Shown here: positions 53,941 through 64,000 of the stretch, in pieces | Position numbering within the stretch: position 1 is the stretch's first letter | Layout of the letters: each line of letters begins with the position of its first letter | Assembly (NCBI GenBank): GCA_002269645.1 | Contig: NIVC01001459.1 | Location: 222,130-286,129, forward strand | Length of the DNA stretch: 64,000 nt | Direction: 5' to 3' | Source of the DNA: Macrostomum lignano | Lineage: Eukaryota | Translations under genes and position numbers: made by a program | Notes under the pieces: generated by a model | Told to the model about the DNA's origin: nothing | Seen by the model: the letters and a program-made list of their open reading frames with translations, nothing else | The model's database searches: none

Positions 53941-55476
53941 TCAATAGGCAGACCCAGTTGACACTCTGTAAAATCTGATGGACTTTCCATTCGGTTGGCA
54001 GACGGCAAGCAGCTCTGAGTCGCCTTGAACGATTGCCAAGCCACATGGATTGTCCATTCTATCTTCGCCACTGCCGGCCTCACCCTCGACTCCAACAGTC
54101 TGCAGCACAGTGCCGTTACTTTGCATCACACGAACCACATCCCTTAACAACTCGCTGACAAACACCAGACCCGAGCGATGAGCCGCGACTCCTGTAGGAC
54201 TCAGAAGCTTATCAAGACGACTTCGCTTGGTCGGGTAGGTCGAGATCAGCTGACCGCTGGCGATGCACACTTTGTAGAGCTTGTCAGCTGTCCAATCGGT
54301 GATCAGCACCGCATGGTCATAAAAAGACATGGATTCTGAGCGATCTGAAAACACAGGCACGTCACTGATAGAAATGCAGGACTGCAGCTGGCCGCTGTCT
54401 TTGTCGATGCACAGCAGCTGCATTTCCGAGCCGCTTTTGTCCAGAGCAATTATCTTGTCAGAGCTGCAGGTCAGTCCCATAAATCTGACAGGCCGTCCGA
54501 TGCTGCTCGACTCCATCTCAAGCGATACCTGACCGCTCAGGTCCGACGCCTTCACCCAGTTTTTTTGCGAGATGTACAGAGCTTGGCGCTTGCTGTCACA
54601 GCAAAGTCCTGTGATTGGCTTGGACCAGTCGAGGTCGGCTTGAACTTTCAGCCTCACGGATCCGTCAATCGAACACGCGAGAAGGTAATCCAAATCATCA
54701 AACGATACGACCAGACACAGCTCGGGAAGCATCTGTGCCGCATCGACTGCAGGCTCCGCCTTCACCACTTTGCTGCCTGAAGCATCAGCGGAGAAGCCCT
54801 TCGTGTTGCTGCAGCATGAAATTAATTTAGGTTTACCATTGAGTTCTTGGATCTCGCTGTGAAACTCACAAATGTTCAGCTCGCTCAGCAGACCAGCTGA
54901 CTCGCACAGCTTCATTGCATCCTCAAAATGCCTGTCGATGCTCAGCTGCAAGTCTCTCAGAGCTCCGCAAACGTCGCCCAGCTTCACTTGTCCTTGTTCG
55001 TCTTCGCTAGACACCGCGTCCTCGAGATCGCAGCACTCCAGCTCCATGCGCGAGGACAGCTCAAGGACGCCTCGAAGGTCGCTGGCGCTTTCCGCCGCTG
55101 CTATCGAGCTGTCGAACTCCTGCAGCACTGCAAAGTCGCTCAGCTTCTGCCTTGCTGCGTCAGTTCTGGCAGTGAGTCGACTCGTCACAGCTTCCTTGTG
55201 CTTCATCAGCGACTCAATGGCGGCATTGAGCAGATCCTCAGCCACCTGTAGCTCTGCTTCCAACACCTGCACGTCCGTTCTTAGACGGTCGCGGACGAGC
55301 CTCAGAGGCTGCAGCCTCGCCTCAACTCTGTCATGAATTTCACGCACTCTGTCGGAGTCTCGGTCCAGGTGTCTCTGGCACAGAGGCTGCGGTGTCTGAG
55401 CTCCGATGCCAGAAGCTGCTTCGTTGCAGGTGGCCAGGGAGCAGCCCTGACTGCCTGCTTGAGTGGCTTCGGTCAT
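53941..55476 (-). CDS. Intronless Zn-motif/coiled-coil/NHL protein, paralog 2, 511 aa
   Basis: Same architecture and same CDS length as 50711-52246; first in-frame ATG at 55476. Confidence 0.85.
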   Translation of the reverse strand: MTEATQAGSQGCSLATCNEAASGIGAQTPQPLCQRHLDRDSDRVREIHDRVEARLQPLRLVRDRLRTDVQVLEAELQVAEDLLNAAIESLMKHKEAVTSRLTARTDAARQKLSDFAVLQEFDSSIAAAESASDLRGVLELSSRMELECCDLEDAVSSEDEQGQVKLGDVCGALRDLQLSIDRHFEDAMKLCESAGLLSELNICEFHSEIQELNGKPKLISCCSNTKGFSADASGSKVVKAEPAVDAAQMLPELCLVVSFDDLDYLLACSIDGSVRLKVQADLDWSKPITGLCCDSKRQALYISQKNWVKASDLSGQVSLEMESSSIGRPVRFMGLTCSSDKIIALDKSGSEMQLLCIDKDSGQLQSCISISDVPVFSDRSESMSFYDHAVLITDWTADKLYKVCIASGQLISTYPTKRSRLDKLLSPTGVAAHRSGLVFVSELLRDVVRVMQSNGTVLQTVGVEGEAGSGEDRMDNPCGLAIVQGDSELLAVCQPNGKSIRFYRVSTGSAY

Positions 55477-57169
55477 TGCTCTTCTGAGCTGAAGCGGAGA
55501 GGTTGGGAGAAGCTGAGAGGCATTGTGAATTATATGCTCAGGAAATTGCAGAAGCTGCACTTTTACAAGCGTAGTCAGGTGGAGGGGCTCAGAAACTCAT
55601 CTGGCCTAAAATAATGGGCTGAAGAGCTCGTTGGAAATACCGATCTCTTTCAATCATGACATACTCGTATTTTTTTTTGTTCCCTACTAAAACTGAACAT
55701 TCTGTCTCTCTCTCCTGCTGCTGCAGACGTAACTTGATACTATGAGAATGAGAATTTTAGAGAAAATCCCATGATTAAACTTTAAATGATGACAGAAAAG
55801 TTGCAGTCGTCCTCCTTGCACACTAGTGAGTCTTCAGCAAAGTTAATTAATAAATATTGGGTTTGCTGCTCGCTAAAGTTTGGTCTGGTGTAGTTATTTA
55901 ACCACTTAGCATTGATCCAGAACAGAGTAGGATAATCAATACGAATTTATACTGAGAGTCAGTACAGAGTTTAATATAAAACTCTGTACTGAGGTATTAG
56001 CTGACCTGCATACAAGAACAATAGTAAGCATTAAAAAGGTACATAACTAAAAACATTTTAATCAAGCAATAAAAGTCAAAAGTGCAGTATAATTTGAACT
56101 TCTAACTTTTATATAGAATTTGGTGCATATACCTTTTAGATCTATTGGATTTTTCACTGATGACTTTGTTTTCATTTTAAAAACAAGCCACTTTCAATGC
56201 TTCAAAAACCAGAAAATTTTCCATAAGTGTATTTAACTAATTCCTAATTCATTTATGCTTACAGATAAATCGGAAATAAATACTGACCCATCTGTTTGTT
56301 CTGAGACACACTAAAACTTTAATACAATAAATTTTGTTTTTGTGTAAGGGTATTGTAAATTTTTACATTTGAATTGTAAGTTGAAGCAAGTTTACAGATT
56401 TATTGCAATTATTTGCATTTTGAAAATAAGTTAATTAAAAGCAAAGCTTGGATTGTGTCTGAGTCTGAGTTTTCTCTCTATTTGTTCCAAATTATAAATC
56501 GATTCATAACGCAGTCAAAGGTAAGGTAAGGTATATAAAACTTAATATTATTGTTCGGAATAAGTAATAGTATGCATGTCAGCATCGACACGTCGTATTG
56601 GCTATTTGTTTTAGTTAGCAACGCGCATACTGCTTCCTTTAATATTCGCTCGTACATAACCGTCTTTTCGAGTAAATTTGAATAAAACCACGACTAAGGT
56701 TTCAAGTTAAGCGCGTGCGCAACATACACTAATGAAAACAGTGTATAAGTAAAACAAAAAATGATTATATATCGTTAACGTCTGTTAGTTCTTCAAGAGA
56801 GGTACAAGTGTAGCAATATATTATTTTACTACCAGCAAATATAATTGAACGATACTCTTTAAAATACCTTTACAGTGCACCAACACTAACAAGGCAGAAG
56901 GCCTGGCTGCATGTGTGTGTTAAGAAATCGAACAAACATTTGAATTTGAATGCTCATTTGTATGTGAAACTGGAGGATGTGCATGTACAATTGAATTTCG
57001 TCTAATATGGTCGTTGTCCAGCTAGATGTACATGTACACGTAAACCAATTCCTGCCAGTGAAATATATTTATTTGTTTGTACATGTACCCGTGGCAGTGA
57101 GCAGGGCCGTGTGGCCGGGACGGAGGGGTGAGCTTCTGCCGGGGCCGCCAAAAGCGAACCGCCCAGCCC

Positions 57170-57500
57170 GGCAGCATGTCCCCGCGTCTACGTCAGCAGC
57201 ACGAACCTCAATTTCTGCAACGAGAGTAATACAACCTACGTTCGACAACGGGCGGTGGGCCCAAGTCATCGACATCCATGCACAATCGCATCACCTGCTG
57301 GACTGCTATTCACAGTCACAGGCGAGTGTGGGACGAGGACTCGCTCCGGACCATCGTTTTATCCTCTTTTGCATCGGGCTGACCAAGCAAAAGCCGAAGG
57401 TCACCTGGAGCCGGAACTTCAGGAATACCCAAGCGATCAACGAGTTTAAAAGTCAAGTCAGAGGGCCAAGACGGCCGACCATGTGGCGCCAATAGTGCGG
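57170..57500 (+). mobile_element. LINE APE-endonuclease C-terminal relic
   Basis: DHRFILF...RNFRNT resembles the APE SDH motif and the downstream RN.R.T.W of LOA/R1-like ORF2. Confidence 0.5.
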
Positions 57501-57769
57501 AGGGCTAATTGATGTCACTCAACCTGTAGCCCGAGTGGTAAACAGCACTCACGAGTGACCGTTTTTAAACTCTGTTGAGGAAGAAACCTGATATCGCTAT
57601 TTCATTAAGAACTCTGCAGAGACGGCCTACAGACCTCATGGTCGAATCCTCGACCTAGAACGGCCCATCTACCATGTGAGGGTTTCCCGACAGATATTCA
57701 GACAGATATTCAAAACGATCATCTACTACTTTTAACAAAATGGACCAAACAGAACCATATTTTTGGCAG

Positions 57770-58420
57770 ATGTTTACGCATGTGTTTGCAATCAAATGAG
57801 CCCAAATTTGTTTTATAAAATAAAAAACTTTACGAAGTGCATTGTTTCAAAGATTGCTTGGCAACACCCTGATTCAGCATCTCTTCAACGTTTTCTGAAA
57901 ATGATTCAATTTTTACATCCCATAAATGTGCCCCGTATCCCAAAAAGACAATGGACTAACTCTTACGCATGTTTCAGCTGTAAAATGCCGCATCACGCGT
58001 CTAATAAAATACTTTACTTCTGAATTATTTTCTTTTAAAGTGTGCTTGGCGATTTGCTTTTTTGAAGGCAAGTCAAGAAACAGCGCATATTTGCTGATGT
58101 CAGAACTCCATTTCGCTCTCAAATTAAATGAATTTATAGTTCCATTCTTACGCACATCCCAGCTTTAGAATGACACCATTGAAGCTGAAAAAGAAACAGT
58201 ATTTCCTGAGATATTCGACTCTAAAGTGTGCTTTGCTTTTGAGTCAATAACGCTTGACGTTGTGTGTCGAAATATACGCCAAGAAATTGTGACACATTTT
58301 TTGCTTACGAAACATAAAACTTAACTCGCTCTTTTACGCACGTCCCAGCTTTAAAATGACACCTCAGGCGTCGCCAAAGACGCCTCCGTTCGTGAGATAT
58401 TCGACTCGAAACATTGCTCG
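57770..58420. repeat. Degenerate ~187-bp tandem repeat, four units
   Basis: TTACGCA anchors at 57774, 57963, 58148 and 58334; the last two units share CCCAGCTTTA.AATGACACC and GAGATATTCGACTC. Confidence 0.6.
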
Positions 58421-61400
58421 GCGTGCAGGTTAGCTAACTCGCTGCCACCAGCCCGTACGTCCCGGCTCACCACACCGGGACTCTCGAAATCGGGCTTCCG
58501 ACTAGAAGGGGCTTTGCACTTACCTGCCAACTAGTGTCTTTTTGCTGTCAATCTCGAAGTCATAGCCGATGATAAGGGACACTGCTGGGACTAGATCGCA
58601 TTGGCCATGCAGGTACAGAGGGGACTTGTGCAGGGGATTCTTGCAGTGGCGAGACTATGGGGTAGCTACATGTACTATTACATTGCTAAATACGAAGATA
58701 TGTACTTTTGGCCTTCAACGCGCCAACTAGCCTCTCCTAGCGCTGATGATAGGCTAACTCGAACATCGGAGACCGCATGATTCATTTACCCGAGCCGCTT
58801 GGCTACCCTAGAGTGCACAAAGTACATCTCTGGCGCCGATTCTGCACTACTGGCTGTTTTGCTCACTGATTTGTTAGATTGATCGACTGAGAACTGCCTT
58901 GCCATTGGTTCACTGTGACCGGCGCCTACTAGCTTAGCTACTCATTTGAGCCATCGGCGAACAAAGAAATAAAACCGATAAAAATAACTGTTAGGGACTC
59001 GTCCTTGATGATGATGGGGGAGGTCGCAATCCGGGGATCAAGAAACGACGGTCGCGCTCCGGGATGTCTCAATCTAGGCTAAGGTCCCAGGAGGAGTCGA
59101 GAGGAGCGCGGAGTTTGGTCCAAGCGGGCCAAAAACACCGGTTTAAATAGCCGCCAACTGGACCGCAGTTTGTTATAATGGAACACGTCAATTCTGATTC
59201 GCTAATCGCTAATCCCAAAGTACTTTTAGGGGTAAAACGCATAGCTGTCAAAGCTGTCACACGCTTGAGTGAACACGAACAATAGGCTCTGACCTCATAA
59301 ATCTTGATGGCCTGTCAAAATGATGAGAAAAAAGCTACCGCCCGCATCCTCTCAGACCATCTGGCGGCCGCCTCAACACTGAGTGAGGCGCAGGTGGCTG
59401 TCAGACCAGCTTCGAAAGCGATGATTTATGACCCAAAAAGCTGCGCCTATGTTATTATGACTACTAGTATGACCAAACATTATATCTAGTATAGATTCTA
59501 TGACAATTCGCAGAAAAATGATAAAAATGCCCATTGCCCACTGTTAGTAGGCTAGTAAGTTTAGAGCCCGTGTGCTAGCGCGGGGTTTGGAAAAAGCGCG
59601 GCCTCATCAAAAGCTTGCTGACATCTGAGAGGTTTTCTATTGTACTGCCTTCTATCAATACTCCTGTTCATATACTCAGTTGTACGCTCGCATATTGCTT
59701 TATCTACTGTTTTTTACTCGCATGTGCAAAGTTTTTTTAGTTTATCATTATAGTGCCAGCTGCTCCATGCAAAAGTTAAATACTACTCTCCACCAAGGGG
59801 GCGATGCACAAATGATAGCATCAAATGCAATTTGCGAATAATAATTTAGGGTATACTCGTAGCCTGAAAACCTGGATCTCTCAATGAAAAAACTGAAGAA
59901 TAGTACCCACGCTTGTATAAGCCAAGAACAGCAAAGTTTTGAGCAATAAAACTGACTCTGATCTCTCCGAAACAAACACCGAATGTTAAATAATGACGTC
60001 AGCAGACTTTAAAGCTGTTAGCAGGCAGTCGCCTTTGTAAAACTCGTTTGAGACACTTTCTATCTACTGAGAGAACTCGGCGAACTTTTGCCTGTCTGGA
60101 TGAAGCTGAAGCTGAAAAATGATGACGGAGATTAAAGGCACAAAAACTTGCACAGTTCGTAACTGAATTTCATAAATATATAATGATTACACTGTAGCGC
60201 TGGCTATCAAAAGATGAAGAAGACTGATTAAGTTGAGCGAAAAGTTAAATCTCGGCTGGGGGGCGATTGCGTCTATTTAATAAAAATAAAGTACAGTTAG
60301 TTTGGGGCTGCAACCGTAAGTTCGAGTTTGGGCCATAGACAACCTAGCTTGTGGGCAGTCAAAGAAAGTACTTTTTATGAGCTGCATGAGCTGTATATTC
60401 TGTGGAATGCAGTCATATTTGCGAAGGACGGCTGCACCTAAAACTTGCTGCGTAATTTGCAGTTTGTTCTGTGTAGCCTATAAGAGTTTACGTTCCCACG
60501 CGCCTGTTTGGCAGTGTTTTAAATAAAAAGGAGAGACAGTGGAGGCGCTCGCTTCACTTTTCTCTCGCCCGCATCTGCGGGCCTAAAGGCATGGCCATTG
60601 CCTCGGCTGGGCTGTAGGCCGCAGCAGACTGGGCCCAGAAAAACCGTGCTTCGAGTTCACTTCTTTGTTATCCGACGTGAGCAGAAGGTGCAGGATGGAC
60701 GCAAAATCGTACCTGTTACAATGGTTCCCTGACCGCGTGAGTCTGCTAGATGAAGTTCCTGTCGCAAAGGATAACGGAGGGTCGAATAGAAGCCGGTTGA
60801 GGACAGCACAACATCAGCAAATCGAGATCCGGCGACCAGAGGACATCTTGCGTCGTTGGCGTGCTTGACGGCATTAAGTCGCAACCGGTGGTTCAGTTCA
60901 ACTGCCACCACGGTGCAGCCGCCGCCCAAACTGACGCGTGTTCAACAGCCGTTCGGATGGATCGACAAGAAGAGTCAGCCCCGACGTCACTGTCTCGGCG
61001 ACCGGCATGCAGATCAATTTTCCTGCCCTGAGGAGACCGAATGAACGCAGACCGAATGAGACCGAATGAACGCAGGGACCGTGGGAAAAAAGTCGCTACA
61101 ACACCAATAGATTAGAAAATCTTGCTTACAACTCGATTGTCTAAAAAAAGAAGGTAGAATTCTCGCAATCGAAGACAGACGGAGGGCTTAACTTTAAAGG
61201 CCGATGTGATGGATCCTGGCAGTTATTTTTATAACATAAACTGAGAGTGGGTCTTTATAGAAAAATTCTTAAAAGAAAGCTCCATTTCTCAGGTTCGCTT
61301 TTATCTTTGAGAAAGTTAAAACTCGGACAGCCTGCTGCTTTTCTGATTAATTATTTGATTTGCAGCCAGACATAAGTTGGTTGTACGTCAATCCAAGATA

Positions 61401-61479
61401 GTAATAAACACAAGTAAATTGTATCTTTTACGGATGTTTCTCTTATCTATTGACTTTTCATAGAGCAGCACCAATAGTT

Positions 61480-61775
61480 TGGCGCCCTGGTGATGAACCC
61501 CGATGCAATTGTCTCCGACCAGGAGAAACCGGGCCTGGCGCGAAGCACACCTCCCTCAGAAACGTCTTGAATTCAGCTCGCGCGTACCTCAATTAAGGAC
61601 ACTGGACGAGCTGAGTTCTTCCTTACCGCCGGCGAGGAGGACCGGCGAGACCGACAGATCCTCCTGACAAGTTTTTGGTCACCAGAGACTGGCGGAATGG
61701 GGATTCTCCTCCGCCGCCACGCTGCATCCGCCAGTTGATGCGACCCCTGCAAGCTATAAGTTAAGTAATTTAAGA
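61480..61775 (+). mobile_element. Decayed 3' end of the TAAG-tailed LINE family
   Basis: GCGGAATGGG...CGCTGCATCCGCC...CCCCTGCAAGCTATAAGTTAAGTAATTTAAG is similar to 31338-31407 and 6041-6095. Confidence 0.65.
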
Positions 61776-62399
61776 GGCTCCCTGCGTCACTCTTTGTCCT
61801 TGCAAGACCCCTGCCACTTCCGTCAGGTGGAGGCCCCCTGCGCACTCACCGTTATAGTGAGGCCAGGTAAGGTACACCGTTTGAGGAAAGTCAGGAAAAT
61901 GAAAGGAGGCTCACCATAGTGAGGCTATAATAGTAGTTATAGTGAGGCTCACCACGTCACTCTGCGTTTTTTTGTGGCTCCCTGCCATACTATCCGTCGT
62001 GGTGAGGCTCCCTGCTTCACTTTCCGTTGTGCTGCGACTCTTAAAATCCTTATTATTTGTTAAGGTCTTAAAAGTATGTGCTCGTTTCTTCTGACCTACT
62101 TCAATATCCGTTTAAGTTTGACCTCGCATTCAATTTGTTTGTGTGCCACTTCATAGTCAGTCATTATGCAATTCTGACTAATCGCCTCTCTTTTATAAGC
62201 ATATTCCGCGGTGCTTTATATTGCTTGTATTTTAACATCAGTGTCCATTCGGAATGATAGATTCCTGCATGGAAAATCAGCCGACAATGCCATTTCGCTC
62301 AAATTCTGTCTAAATAAACTTAAAAACATCACATGATTTATGAACATCACAAAATCTGAAGCCTTTGAATACAAGAAGCAAAGTTTAGGAACTTAAGTA

Positions 62400-63620
62400 C
62401 ACCATTTTACCTCCTATTTGAACAAAGTCTTGTTCATAAGAAACAAGCAGAACTTCAATTCAAACACTTTAAGAAATATCAGCGCTTGCGGAACTTCAAT
62501 TCAAACAAAGTCCCTTTCTATTGAAACAGAAGAACTTCAATTCAGACTGTCTGTGGCCAAAATTGTCCCCGAGTGACGCGCATGTGCAGATTTGAAATTC
62601 AAAATAAACAAAGTCAAATTCACATTCGACAGAGATTTTTGCACATACATTTAGATACGAGAGTACATTTTAGTACATTAATATAATTTTTTTTTCCTGT
62701 ACAGAATAACTGTACAATCGTTGCGCAACAAGAAACGATATGAACGCTGAAGATCAGATTGAAAAAGACGATGAATTGCTGAAAGATGGAATCGATTAAT
62801 TTGAAGCAGATTTCGATGAAGATATCATGGAACAGCAGCCTCGGAAGTACGCAATTGTAAGCAACAGTGACAGAGACTGTATCATCAGGGCTGCTGATCG
62901 TGAGGGTGACTTTGTGGAACTGCGCGCGCCAACTTGAAGTCAAGAGGTCAACAGCGTACACGATTGTGAGGTCAGGGAGAGCGGAAAAGCAGCCTACGAG
63001 ATTCCGGACACCATTCAGGTCAAGCGGCTTCCACCCTACCACCATTTTGACTCCTGTGTGGAGAACTTAATCTCTGTTGGAAGGCCGCTATGAAGAGAGC
63101 AGACCAGCAAAATTTTATCGCTCCGACAGCTGAGTAGCACGGCAATCAGTCGATGGCGGCCTATCGGCGAGACATTCTGTCATGCTGGACAGAACAATTG
63201 GCTGCATCTCTGTGGACAAGAGCACTGAGGGGTTCAACCATGTGTTTACATACGTCCCTCGCTGCCTTGGTGTTGGTGGACAGGCAATTGATGGTTAGAT
63301 GTCTCAAGTTGGCCAACTGACACTGTCTTGTTCCTGTTTTTAATTTTACTCTTTATGTTCGTCGATATGCTGTGTTTTATCCCTTTGTCGAAATAAAATG
63401 TGACTTTGTTTCTTTTGAATTTCAAATCTGCGCATGCACGTCGAGTCATTCGGGGACAATATTGGCCACAGACAGTCTGAATTGAAGTTCTTCTGTTTCA
63501 ATAGAAAGGGACTTTGTTTGAATTGAAGTTCCGCAAGCGCTGATATTTCTTAAAGTGTTTGAATTGAAGTTCTGCTTGTTTCTTTGAACAAGACTTGTTC
63601 GAATAGGAGGTAAAATAGTG
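62400..63620 (+). mobile_element. Tc1-like element, ~230-bp TIRs with three internal direct repeats, deleted transposase
   Basis: TA at 62398-99 and 63621-22; TIRs 62400-62630 and 63387-63620; GAACTTCAATTCA x3 per arm; HTH-like relic from 62829. Confidence 0.88.
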
Positions 63621-63776
63621 TAGTAAGATTAACTAGCTCCGTCATCAAGCAGATTTTTTAGCATTAAACAGCATGGACCAGTCTCTTGTTTTGTGATAAC
63701 TCTGTCAATTGAAAATCCAACCTCATAGTCCAAGCTTCCAAAAACCTACACTTCCCTACCTCTTATGCTCTTCCAG

Positions 63777-64000
63777 AGAAACTCCCTGAAAAGATTTCTG
63801 CTGATGAAAAGTCGTCCAGTTCGTGCACCAGACGCCCGATTGAACACTCAGCAGAATCGCATCTACAACTACAGGCTGCTTCATTCTCCATCATCAGTGA
63901 CGGTGCCAGCATCCGCGGTCCCCTACAGTACAGTGGCCAGCAAAGTCGCGTTAACAGTGGAACAAGAAGAACTTTAAAAGCGGATACCATTAACGAACAG
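63777..64000 (+). other. Possible coding exon running off the window end
   Basis: Strong polypyrimidine acceptor (ctcttccAG) with one frame open to 64000; no recognisable motif. Confidence 0.25.

Noticed and set aside
59000-59300. RT thumb-region relic on the minus strand
   Set aside because: Only a vague KYFGI-like match with multiple stops.

Overview
Eukaryotic (metazoan) genomic DNA: GC-rich exons with GT-AG introns, very many minisatellites, and tRNA-derived SINEs. The style resembles a free-living flatworm such as Macrostomum, but that is inference only. 1-12.6 kb: the 3' eight exons of a formin-like (FMNL-class) gene, with a different minisatellite in nearly every intron. 12.7-26.5 kb: repeats, SINEs, a THAP relic, an RTE insertion, and a head-to-tail dimer of a ~2.9-kb non-autonomous Helitron. 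27-64 kb: a heavily rearranged duplicated cluster with two inverted three-exon GT10 alpha-1,3-fucosyltransferase genes and three intronless Zn-motif/coiled-coil/NHL-propeller genes (two intact, one truncated). These are interleaved with Gypsy, mariner, Tc1-like, LOA/I-like LINE and Penelope-like fragments; the Penelope-like fragment carries a minimal hammerhead ribozyme. No CRISPR array, rRNA or bona fide tRNA gene is supported. All homology calls are from motif recognition by eye; no database searches were run. Repeat boundaries marked ~ are approximate.
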